DNA from: a virus
Taxonomy: Duplodnaviria > Caudoviricetes
Reading direction: 5' to 3' (one strand)
DNA length: 63,394 bases
Virus record (IMG/VR): IMGVR_UViG_3300028588_000025
Location: 1-63,394 of that record
The notes under the pieces are model-generated. The model ran no database searches, was not told the origin of the DNA, and saw only the letters and a list, made by a program, of their open reading frames with translations. A program made the translations under genes and the position numbers. This document shows, piece after piece, positions 49,334 to 57,991 of this stretch; positions within the stretch are counted from its first letter, which is position 1, and each line of letters begins with the position of its first letter.

Positions 49334-49648
49334 ATGGAACCCCTAATTTACTCGGGCATCGTGCTTGTGCTCCTGCTCCTCACCTGGCTGTTGGTGATGA
49401 TCAAGAACCGGCTTGACAACATCGACCGAATCCTTCGTGATCAGCAGCAGCACACGGCCCGCCTCAGCAAGCTCGTCGAGAGTCGACAGAGCGACCTCAG
49501 GAGCCGTAAGCGAGGCCCCGGCGAAGTGCCCGCGGTCGATGCTCGAGCACGCACCACGACGCGCGACAGTGACGATCTGCCGCTCACGGGTCGCACGGTC
49601 ACCCTGCCCAAGATGACTCGACGTCGAGGGGGCGAGAAGGTTGAATAA
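49334..49648 (+). CDS. Membrane-anchored hypothetical protein
   Basis: N-terminal hydrophobic helix; TAGACT -10 seven nt before ATG. Confidence 0.6.
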   Translation: MEPLIYSGIVLVLLLLTWLLVMIKNRLDNIDRILRDQQQHTARLSKLVESRQSDLRSRKRGPGEVPAVDARARTTTRDSDDLPLTGRTVTLPKMTRRRGGEKVE

Positions 49649-50345
49649 AGCCACCCGCCAGGACATCGACTTCAGCTTCGTCGAGGACAACACCGAACAT
49701 GCTTCCGGCGTGCCTGGTGTGGACCCTGAGGGCAAGGCCGCTCGGCCCCTAACCCCAGATGGTAAGGTCCTGACGCCCAAGCAGCTCCGCGCTCGAATGC
49801 GTCGGAAGCAAGCTCGCCGAGTCGGGGTGACCGACGAAGAGATCGAGATGCTGTACCAGAAGCCGATCGCTGACTGGGACCTCGAAGAGCTTGCTCGAGG
49901 TCGTCCTCGAAACAGCCGCGGCACGTTCCAGGGCCCGAAGCCCAAGTGGATCACGATGGCCATGCACGAGGAGTCGATGCGCAAGTACGAGGCTGCCGTC
50001 AAAGGCAACATGCGTGAGACTACAGTCGACGCCCTGCAGACACTCCGCGACTTGCTCGCTGATGAGAGTGTCGATGAAAAGGGCAAGCCTACCGTCGGCG
50101 CTGGCACCAAGGTCGATATCGCCAAGTTCCTCATCGAACACTCGGTTGGCAAGCCGACCCAGAAGATCGAAGGCGATATGAGCGTTCGACTTCAGGGCAT
50201 CCTGGGCACCGTGATGGTGAACCCTGCAGAGCTCGCTACGGGCAACTACATGCCGGCACACTTCCCCGGCATGACCATGGAACTCTCGACTGGAGAAACG
50301 GCGGTGGACGACGATGCAGACCTCATCCCAAGAAGTGAAGGCTGA
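49641..50345 (+). CDS. Putative terminase small subunit
   Basis: Helical protein with RGRPR..G.F.G and AKFLIEHSVGKPTQKIE, resembling TerS C-termini; near the start of the operon leading to TerL. Confidence 0.5.
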   Translation: MNKATRQDIDFSFVEDNTEHASGVPGVDPEGKAARPLTPDGKVLTPKQLRARMRRKQARRVGVTDEEIEMLYQKPIADWDLEELARGRPRNSRGTFQGPKPKWITMAMHEESMRKYEAAVKGNMRETTVDALQTLRDLLADESVDEKGKPTVGAGTKVDIAKFLIEHSVGKPTQKIEGDMSVRLQGILGTVMVNPAELATGNYMPAHFPGMTMELSTGETAVDDDADLIPRSEG

Positions 50346-50688
50346 CGACCGATGCGGGGTTTGCCAAGAGACTCGTGAGAACCATGGTGACAAGCACCAT
50401 CAGTTCGACATCGAAGGAATGCTCAAGCCGCTTCAGAAGCCCGAGGTGGGTCGACAGGCTGCACCTTCGCCTCGTCGGGCGGATGAGATGGCAAAGGACC
50501 CTGTCGCGCAGGTGATGCTGCGACTGATCGAGGTGCTAGGGAACAAGGGCATCCTCACACCCTACGACAACATCTACATCTTCGGGGGAGGTAACTATGC
50601 ACCAGATCGAGGGGAACCTGAAGCTGAAGCTTCTACGCCTGGCGGTGAGAGCAGCACCAAACGAAGCCGTTGGGCTAATCCTGAATGA
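50314..50688 (+). CDS. Hypothetical protein with CxxC/His motif
   Basis: CGVC..H..HHQF. Confidence 0.55.
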   Translation: MQTSSQEVKADDRCGVCQETRENHGDKHHQFDIEGMLKPLQKPEVGRQAAPSPRRADEMAKDPVAQVMLRLIEVLGNKGILTPYDNIYIFGGGNYAPDRGEPEAEASTPGGESSTKRSRWANPE

Positions 50689-50923
50689 CAGGTCAGTAGT
50701 CGAACTTACCAACCTGAGAACTGAAGGCAACTTCGAGGTCTCTCGTGATGAGGTTCGTCTCGCCCTGGAAGGCGAGGCTAACATCGATCAAGTCACACTT
50801 TGGCATTCTCATCCAAATGGTGGTGTGGGCCCAAGTCGTGCTGATGTGCAGAACAAATCGCCCATCCCATATCATCTTGTGATATCACTTGTCAACGGGG
50901 AAATCATACCGACTTGGTATTGA
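50597..50923 (+). CDS. JAB/MPN+ metalloprotease-domain protein
   Basis: PNEAVGLI...WHSHPNGGVGPSRAD (complete JAMM motif); GGAGG RBS. Confidence 0.88.
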   Translation: MHQIEGNLKLKLLRLAVRAAPNEAVGLILNDRSVVELTNLRTEGNFEVSRDEVRLALEGEANIDQVTLWHSHPNGGVGPSRADVQNKSPIPYHLVISLVNGEIIPTWY

Positions 50924-50991
50924 CCCGGAACTAGTGAGCATGTGATATGATGAGTCTCAACTTGATCTTCCACACCCGATAGAGGATAACC

Positions 50992-51468
50992 ATGAAGCAG
51001 CTTCGTCAGACCCGTCTTTGGGCCTGGGGCTCTCGAATGCCTCATCACTACTGGTCGTGGGCTGCCGCTTTCATGGTGCTTGGGTTTGGATGGGGACATG
51101 CGATTGCGATATACCCTCCCTCGTCGTACAATGGCTTGGTGGATCTTTCGACGGTGTTTAGAATGGGTGTTACCACTGCTCTTGGTGGTCTTGTTGCTAC
51201 TCTCTCTCTTTTCCTGTCTCGAAGCCGCAGGAACAACACCCGCATCACTGCCCTCTGGCTGGAGCTAGTAGGACTGATCCTGCTCGCCGGCGGGCCCCTT
51301 CAGTACTTCTCGATCCAGGTAGGTTACCTGGTCGATGGCAAGTTCGCCGACCGCTACGCCCTCGCATGGTTCGCTGCTTCCATGCTGATGTTCCTGTTCG
51401 TTCGGTTCACCATCCTGGTGCCGATCCTACGCAAGGAACGCCGGGCTGCTAAAGATCAGGGGAAGTAG
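50992..51468 (+). CDS. 4-TM membrane protein (lysis-associated/holin-like)
   Basis: Four hydrophobic segments; in the cassette upstream of the endolysin. Confidence 0.7.
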   Translation: MKQLRQTRLWAWGSRMPHHYWSWAAAFMVLGFGWGHAIAIYPPSSYNGLVDLSTVFRMGVTTALGGLVATLSLFLSRSRRNNTRITALWLELVGLILLAGGPLQYFSIQVGYLVDGKFADRYALAWFAASMLMFLFVRFTILVPILRKERRAAKDQGK

Positions 51469-52055
51469 TGATCATCTTGGGAACCTCATTGTTCGTAGCC
51501 CTCGGCTCAACAATGAGCTCAGCCACGACCCGACTGCTGGCATCCAGTCTGGAGAGCAACGCTGCTACACCTCAGCAGACCGGGCTTGACATCACCTCGT
51601 ATCTTACGCTGGCTGTCGCCCTGATCGCTCTGGTGTCTACCTTCGTGCAGAAGAAAGCCAAGTCTCCCGCCGATGAGCTGGCCAAGGCGGACTTCGCATA
51701 CACGAAGATCAAGGAACGCCTGGAGGAGGTCGACAAGGATCGCGCATACCTGCAGTCGGTGGTCGATGCCCTGCGTGAGCGAATGCGGAAGGTTGACATC
51801 GAAGCCGGTGTCGACATGGAGGAGCGACGCCAGCTTCGTGACCTCGTCGACCAGGGGGAGGAGCGAATCCGCACCCTCGTCGGTGAGAACCGCGAACTCC
51901 AGGGTCGGCTTGAGAACATCGCGCAGAAGGTCAAGGAAGATCGACCTATCACGCTCGAGGATGTTTATGGTAATGTGACTCCGATCGGATCGGGTCACAT
52001 GGACGAGGAGACTGAGCAGACTCAGCCCCGTTCGGCCATCCAGAACATGCTCTAG
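51468..52055 (+). CDS. Membrane-anchored coiled-coil protein (lysis cassette)
   Basis: TM helix followed by a coiled coil. Confidence 0.65.
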   Translation: MIILGTSLFVALGSTMSSATTRLLASSLESNAATPQQTGLDITSYLTLAVALIALVSTFVQKKAKSPADELAKADFAYTKIKERLEEVDKDRAYLQSVVDALRERMRKVDIEAGVDMEERRQLRDLVDQGEERIRTLVGENRELQGRLENIAQKVKEDRPITLEDVYGNVTPIGSGHMDEETEQTQPRSAIQNML

Positions 52056-52063
52056 GAGGTTCC

Positions 52064-52246
52064 ATGAAGCACACAGTCGAGCTGACCAATACGGAGACGC
52101 TCAAGCCGATCCTCAAGCTGGTGGAGACTGACACCGAAGACGAGCTCTACCCCGCCGCCGCCAAGGCTCAGGCTGGTGTGGAAGAGGAATGGGGAGTTCC
52201 CTTCCTGATCACTGATGTTACGAGGGGAGACGACACGAATGGCTAA
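52064..52246 (+). CDS. Small acidic hypothetical protein
   Basis: AGGAGG RBS. Confidence 0.6.
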   Translation: MKHTVELTNTETLKPILKLVETDTEDELYPAAAKAQAGVEEEWGVPFLITDVTRGDDTNG

Positions 52247-53189
52247 CCTGGCATGGGGAGGCTACAAGAATGGCGCCATCCCTCTCACGGCCCTCGTCAA
52301 GGTCAGCAACTTCGTTCCCGTCGACCCCGCGGTCAATGCCCGAGGTGCCTACCTTATGCCCGAGGCTGCGGCTCAGTGGGAGCAGATGGCCCGGGACTGC
52401 GAGAAAGCCACCAAGCTGAGGCCCACGCTCAGTGAGGGGTATCGAGACCTCGATGGTCAGAGGTACCGCAAGCAGATCCAGATTCGAGATGGCAGGCCCC
52501 TGGCAGCGGCCATTGGTTTCTCGGGTCATGGTTGGGCTCGATCGGGAGATGTTGGTACCGTCGGTCGTGCTTGGCTTCGTGCCAACTCTCGCAAGTACGG
52601 CTGGGACTTCACGGTCATCTCTGAAGATTGGCACATGGATTACCTCGGCAACCCCACCATTCTCGCATCAACGGCCCTAGATATCCTGGAGGACTTCATG
52701 GCTCAGCTCACCAAGGACGACATGGCCGTGTTCATGTCTCTCTTCCTCAACACTGCGGCTTACACGGGGGGTGAATCGATCAGCCAGGTGCTGAAGAACC
52801 TCGATGTCCGAACCAAGTCCATCTACGACGCCATCTTCAGTGGTGGTGACTCGATGCCCGACAAGGTCAAGCCGGGTGAGAAGAAGGGCTACAGCATCGG
52901 TCAGTCCCTGGCTTCGATCCACGAGGCCATCACCAAGCCGGTGGTCATCAGCCGCAACGGGGCTGACCCGATCGCTCCGCTCGACGGCACCAAGGTCGTG
53001 ACTCGCAGTAAGGTCGACGACGATGCCGAAACCGGTACCATCGTTCGCAGGCTTCTCGAACGATCTCCCGTCACCATCGATGCCAAGACGCTGGCCGATG
53101 CCCTCAAGCAGGCGAACATCTCGGGTACGAACCCCGAGGAGATCGCCGACAAGGTCGCTGACCTCCTGGCCGAGCGACTCGCCAAGTAA
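52239..53189 (+). CDS. Endolysin, M15/VanY-like peptidase
   Basis: WGGYKNGAIP, EGYR...Q, AA.IGFSGHGW..SGD, E.WH.DY. Confidence 0.88.
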   Translation: MANLAWGGYKNGAIPLTALVKVSNFVPVDPAVNARGAYLMPEAAAQWEQMARDCEKATKLRPTLSEGYRDLDGQRYRKQIQIRDGRPLAAAIGFSGHGWARSGDVGTVGRAWLRANSRKYGWDFTVISEDWHMDYLGNPTILASTALDILEDFMAQLTKDDMAVFMSLFLNTAAYTGGESISQVLKNLDVRTKSIYDAIFSGGDSMPDKVKPGEKKGYSIGQSLASIHEAITKPVVISRNGADPIAPLDGTKVVTRSKVDDDAETGTIVRRLLERSPVTIDAKTLADALKQANISGTNPEEIADKVADLLAERLAK

Positions 53190-53210
53190 CACTACCCCCG
53201 AAGGAGTACT

Positions 53211-53456
53211 ATGAGTGACACCCCCGTCCAGGTTTCCCCCAACGGAGATCTCTTCGACGAGAACGGCCACCTGGTCAAGTTCAAGCCCACCAAGGCCGTC
53301 ATCGGAGGCATCCTCGGTTTCCTCTCGATGGTCACCACGGGCCTGACCGCGATCTACACCGAGAGCCCCTCGCTGATCATCACCAACATCGTCATCGGCT
53401 CGGCCGCCACGGTGCTGGGCATCTTCCTCCCGTCGAACGGGGTCGCTCGTCGCTAG
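53211..53456 (+). CDS. Holin (2 TM segments)
   Basis: Directly after the endolysin; two hydrophobic helices. Confidence 0.75.
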   Translation: MSDTPVQVSPNGDLFDENGHLVKFKPTKAVIGGILGFLSMVTTGLTAIYTESPSLIITNIVIGSAATVLGIFLPSNGVARR

Positions 53457-53476
53457 GAGGTGATCCCATCTCTGAG

Positions 53477-53509
53477 AAGTCCCAAGGTTGTTGCGAAGCC
53501 TTGGGGCTT
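53477..53509 (+). terminator. Hairpin after the holin
   Basis: AAGTCCCAAGG...CCTTGGGGCTT followed by CTT. Confidence 0.55.
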
Positions 53510-53548
53510 CTTGGTGTGTATGATAGGATCGGGCAAAAGGAGGCCGAC

Positions 53549-53836
53549 ATGCCTGGTGTGGACGATCACAGCGAGTTCGACGGTGGCGGGGTCATGCCCA
53601 ACACAGTCTTCCCGAAGGGCTCGGAAGCCCTCACCCCTGGCGACAAGCTTCGGTTGCAGTCACTGACTGGTCAGGAGATTGACAGTCGTGCGCCCATCGA
53701 TCCCGCATTCTGGCATGGAGCTCAGATGCCCGACCCTCGCCCTGCCGAGATGGACCGACGAGCCCGACTTCGTCAGCAGGCGGTTATGCGTCGGCAGGAG
53801 AGGCTTCGATACAAGGAAACGCCTCGTAACTACTAA
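53549..53836 (+). CDS. Hypothetical protein
   Basis: AAGGAGG RBS before ATG 53549. Confidence 0.6.
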   Translation: MPGVDDHSEFDGGGVMPNTVFPKGSEALTPGDKLRLQSLTGQEIDSRAPIDPAFWHGAQMPDPRPAEMDRRARLRQQAVMRRQERLRYKETPRNY

Positions 53837-53886
53837 CCGGGGTTTGTGGTATATGATGGGCCCATCGGTTCGATAAGGGAGACAAA

Positions 53887-54909
53887 GTGGCGGGCTTCGG
53901 CAAGGTAATCGGGCGGTTCGGCTCGTTCATCGTGGATGGGCCCGACCCCGACGTCTATCCCGATCTGATCTTCCTCGTCGGTACAGTGACCTTCACTCCG
54001 ACAGTTTCTCGAGTGATCAACAACGAAGTTTCCAACTCGATGATCCTGGGGGCATCCCCGATCACAGGCATTGTCAACCCACTGAATGGTGAGCTTTCCA
54101 CACCCGCCAGCGATGGCAAGTCGGCAGGCGCGCCGGGTCTCTGGCTGCCCGCAACCGACAACGTGATGTTCAACCCGACGAACTTCTACTACCGGGTGAC
54201 CTACAACATCACCACCCCGGATGGCCGAAGGATCGAGTTCGAGGCCCACAACATCTCGGTGCCTCAGGGCACTGACGCTCAGCCGGTCAACCTGAACGCC
54301 CTGATCCCTCCCATCGGCGCTCCGACTGTGACCGTTGCCGTCGCTGAGGCGATTGCTGCTCGAGCGGTTGAGGCCCTCTCCAAGGCCGTCCGTACGGTGA
54401 ATGGCATTGCGCCTGACGCTTCGGGTAACGTGCTGGTCAGTGGCGGGGGTTCTGGGGGCGGTGCGGGTACGCCTGGCCGAGAGGTGCTGATCCGCAACAA
54501 CGGCAGCTACATCCAGTGGCAGTACTCCGGCGAGACGAGCTGGATTAACCTGGTGCTGCTCACCGACCTCAAGGGCGCCAAGGGTGACCCTGGCAATCCC
54601 GGCAGTGACAGCACAGTGCCTGGGCCGAGTGCCTACCAGGTCTGGCTTGCCGCCGGCAATGATGGTTCGGTGGCCGACTACCTTGCAGCGATCAAGGGAT
54701 CCAAGGGTGATCCCGGTCTCAGCGCCTACCAGGTTTGGTTGGCAGCCGGTAACACGGGCACTCAAGCCGAGTACCTCGCTTCGCTGAAGGGGCTCAAGGG
54801 TGATCGAGGTATCTCGGGTGCAACCGGCCTGGCCTCGTACCTGCTGCCCGCTGGCACGACCGTCCTGCCTGCCGGATCGCCGGTTGGCCTCTACTTCGTT
54901 AGGGCATAA
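53887..54909 (+). CDS. Minor virion/fibre protein with collagen-like repeats
   Basis: VRTVNGIAPDASGNV, YIQWQY, KG.KGD.G and a duplicated SAYQVWLAAGN unit. Confidence 0.75.
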   Translation: MAGFGKVIGRFGSFIVDGPDPDVYPDLIFLVGTVTFTPTVSRVINNEVSNSMILGASPITGIVNPLNGELSTPASDGKSAGAPGLWLPATDNVMFNPTNFYYRVTYNITTPDGRRIEFEAHNISVPQGTDAQPVNLNALIPPIGAPTVTVAVAEAIAARAVEALSKAVRTVNGIAPDASGNVLVSGGGSGGGAGTPGREVLIRNNGSYIQWQYSGETSWINLVLLTDLKGAKGDPGNPGSDSTVPGPSAYQVWLAAGNDGSVADYLAAIKGSKGDPGLSAYQVWLAAGNTGTQAEYLASLKGLKGDRGISGATGLASYLLPAGTTVLPAGSPVGLYFVRA

Positions 54910-56444
54910 TGCCTAGCTACAAGGGCTTCGTCTCCAAGTACATGACGGGGGCCTCTGAGACCCTCACCCCCGATAGCTCGATCGCTGAGGGTGACTCGAT
55001 GCTGCTGCTGGTCAACCAGCTCTCATCGGCTCCTGCGCCTGCGACGCCCCTCGGGTGGACACTGCTGTCGAGTGCGGTCTTCAACTCTCGAGTGGGCTAC
55101 ATCTACGGCAAGCTTCGAGTCGCTGGCGAATCGGGTTACCCTGTCACTCGATCCGCAGCCAGTGCGGCAACGATCGCTCTGCTTTGGGTTGGAAGCGGCT
55201 CCCCGATCTCAAACTGGATCACGGGTGTGGGAAAGCTGAGGAACACGGCCCCTGCTGAAACCGTGACAGTCACAGCCCCCTCGGTAGCAACGACCGTTGC
55301 TGGTAGCTTGGCCATCGGTATCATGTTCGAAGCGACCTCAGCAGCCGAGGCAACAGTGCCGACGCTCAGCGGAGGTACTCAGCGATTCTTCGTAGCTCAA
55401 CTGGGATCGGGCAACATCGAGACGATCATGGTTGGCACGAACCTGGTGACTAACCCCGGGGCCTCGGGCACCATGGTTACCACCTACCCGAACTCTCAGC
55501 CGACCAACGGCTGGGGTATCCAGATCATCATCCCACCGTCGATGGTGCTTGCTCCGACCCCCTTGGCGGGCCAGTACTCGGATGGAACTGAGCGCATCCC
55601 CGGCGCATACAAGTGGTGGGACGGGGCGGCTCTGCTCGATCTTGAACGAGTGGTGCCCGTCTGGCCTGGTCGAAAGGTGCACGACCTGTTCGCTGGAGGT
55701 ATCGCCAAGGTGGCCCACCGAGGTGGCTCGCTAAACAACAAGGACATGAGCATGCGAGCCTACACCCAGGCCGCAATCGCCGGATGTACCGCGATGGAAT
55801 TCTCGGTTGGTCGCACTAGCGACAAGAAGTACTTCGGCCTTCACGATGCCACGATGAACCGAACGACCCCCTCACTGACCGCGAACTACCTTCCTGGTGA
55901 TCACACCTGGGCAGAGATCAGTCAGCTTATGCAGACTGCGCCGGCAACGAATGACAGCCGCTTCGGGGATCAACCCTATGAGCTGCTGAGTATGGTCCTC
56001 GAGAAGTACGCCGAGACTCACACGTTCTTCGTCGATCCGAAGGTCATCGGCGCTCAGTACTGGGACGAGTTCCTGGCCTACCTGCTGACGTTCCCTGACG
56101 CTCAGAACACCTTCGTGATCAAGTACTTCCATACCGCAACCGTGCTGGCTGACAAGGCTCGAGCACTAGGCTTCACCTCCTGGGGTTACGGATACCAGAC
56201 CGACGTCAATGGTAGCAATGGTATCCAGCTGGCTACGACGGCCTCACACTGGGATTACCTGGGCATGGACTATCAAGCAGATGATGCCGCCTGGGCTGAG
56301 ACCCGCAGGATCGCTGCAGCCAATGGTAACCTCCCCATCATCGGCCACATCTGCCCCTCGCTTTCGACCGCACAACGGTGCATCTCTCAAGGCGCCATCG
56401 GCGTCATGTGCTCGGGAATCAAGGAAGTCATCTCGCTCGGCTAG
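54909..56444 (+). CDS. Virion-associated glycerophosphodiester phosphodiesterase (GDPD) protein
   Basis: AHRGGS, MEFSVGRTSD..FGLHDATMNRTT, FVDPK, terminal GVMC; N-terminal beta-rich domain. Confidence 0.8.
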   Translation: MPSYKGFVSKYMTGASETLTPDSSIAEGDSMLLLVNQLSSAPAPATPLGWTLLSSAVFNSRVGYIYGKLRVAGESGYPVTRSAASAATIALLWVGSGSPISNWITGVGKLRNTAPAETVTVTAPSVATTVAGSLAIGIMFEATSAAEATVPTLSGGTQRFFVAQLGSGNIETIMVGTNLVTNPGASGTMVTTYPNSQPTNGWGIQIIIPPSMVLAPTPLAGQYSDGTERIPGAYKWWDGAALLDLERVVPVWPGRKVHDLFAGGIAKVAHRGGSLNNKDMSMRAYTQAAIAGCTAMEFSVGRTSDKKYFGLHDATMNRTTPSLTANYLPGDHTWAEISQLMQTAPATNDSRFGDQPYELLSMVLEKYAETHTFFVDPKVIGAQYWDEFLAYLLTFPDAQNTFVIKYFHTATVLADKARALGFTSWGYGYQTDVNGSNGIQLATTASHWDYLGMDYQADDAAWAETRRIAAANGNLPIIGHICPSLSTAQRCISQGAIGVMCSGIKEVISLG

Positions 56445-56584
56445 CATGGTGTGGAACTCGACTTATTCCTGTTGGGCAACGAGTCGATGATCATATAGCA
56501 TGACCTCACGGCTTCCTCAGGTGACGCCAAAACGCCTCACGCATACGCGATAGGTGATTGCTCGATCGGCCGAAAGGAGACTCC

Positions 56585-57991
56585 ATGCCGCCCGTGAATC
56601 CGATGACCGATGGCATGGTCTTCGATAAGAGTCGATGGTTCACCGAAACGGGCTACATCCCACACCCGGGTCAGCGCCTCGTGCACTTCGACAACACTCG
56701 ACACCGCGTCCTCTCGAATGGTCGACGCTGGGGTAAGTCGATGTTCGGGGGCAAAGAGATCGAGGGCATGGCGTTCATCAAGAACTTCATTGGTCAGCCC
56801 ATGACCGGCTGGATCATCGGCCCGGAGTATCCGGATGCCGAAAAGGAATTCCGTATCGTCTACGATACGTTCAAGAAGCTGGGCATCGATACCATCTCGA
56901 GCAAGTTCCTCAAGAACACCGAGAACGGTAACATGCACATCAAGACCAACTGGGGCTTCGACCTTCAGTGCCGATCGGCTCGTCACCCTGAGAGCCTGGT
57001 CGGTGAGGGTCTGGACTTCGTGCTGCTGGCTGAAGCTGGCCGCCACCGTCGACGCACCTTCACGGAGTACGTGCGACCTGCGCTTTCTGACAAGCGAGGT
57101 ATCAGCATGATGTCCGGGGTGCCTGAAGATGCCAGCGAGAACTCGCTGCTCTACTGGGGTTATCACCGCGGGCAGGACCCGAAGATGACTCAGTGGAAGT
57201 CTTGGCAGCTGCCCAGCTGGACCAACACCGCAGTCTTCCCTGGCGGCCGAATGGACCCCGAGATTCTCGAAGCTGAGGGCGACCTCACCGAGGATGAGTT
57301 CCGTCGGCAGTACGGGGGCGAGTTCATCCTGAAGCGCGGCCGCGTCATGAAGGAGTGGGACGACGACGTTCACGTTCAGAAGGTTGACTACAACCCTGAC
57401 TGGCCCCTCTTCGCTGCTGTCGACTTCGGTTACACCAACGACTGGGTTTGGCTCTGGGTTCAGGAAGACCCCCTGACTCACAACGTCTACGTGATTGGTG
57501 AGCACCGCTTCCGACTGCGTGACACTGAGGACATTGCTCGCAACGAGATGCAGAACCACCATCTCATGAGCAAGTGCAACGCGATCTACGTTGACCCCTC
57601 TTCGCCTGACGACGCGGCGATCCTTCGACGACACCTCGGCACACCCACCAAGAACAACACGGGTGGAGAGATCAAGCTCAGGCTTCAGCTGATCCGGTCT
57701 GCACTCAAGCTGAGACCTGAAGCTCTGCCCGATGGCCACCCTGAGAAGCTGCCCGGTTTGGTCATCGACCAGAGTTGCACCAAGCTCATCTGGGAGATGC
57801 GCGAGGGCTACCGCTGGCCTGAGAACCACAACGACATGCGGAACTCGAGTGAGATTCCGATGGACAACGACAACCATGGACCTGAGGCTCTTGGTCGCTT
57901 CTTCAAGGGGCACATGGAGCAGTACTCCTCGGCTAGTGCCCGAGGCAGCCGACAGGGCTCAGTCAAGCAGATGAGGAGACGCGCAGCATGA
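56585..57991 (+). CDS. terL: Terminase large subunit
   Basis: PHPGQ, GRRWGKS (Walker A), GEGLDFVLLAEAG, QYGGEF, AVDFGY, DNDNHGPEAL. Confidence 0.93.
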   Translation: MPPVNPMTDGMVFDKSRWFTETGYIPHPGQRLVHFDNTRHRVLSNGRRWGKSMFGGKEIEGMAFIKNFIGQPMTGWIIGPEYPDAEKEFRIVYDTFKKLGIDTISSKFLKNTENGNMHIKTNWGFDLQCRSARHPESLVGEGLDFVLLAEAGRHRRRTFTEYVRPALSDKRGISMMSGVPEDASENSLLYWGYHRGQDPKMTQWKSWQLPSWTNTAVFPGGRMDPEILEAEGDLTEDEFRRQYGGEFILKRGRVMKEWDDDVHVQKVDYNPDWPLFAAVDFGYTNDWVWLWVQEDPLTHNVYVIGEHRFRLRDTEDIARNEMQNHHLMSKCNAIYVDPSSPDDAAILRRHLGTPTKNNTGGEIKLRLQLIRSALKLRPEALPDGHPEKLPGLVIDQSCTKLIWEMREGYRWPENHNDMRNSSEIPMDNDNHGPEALGRFFKGHMEQYSSASARGSRQGSVKQMRRRAA

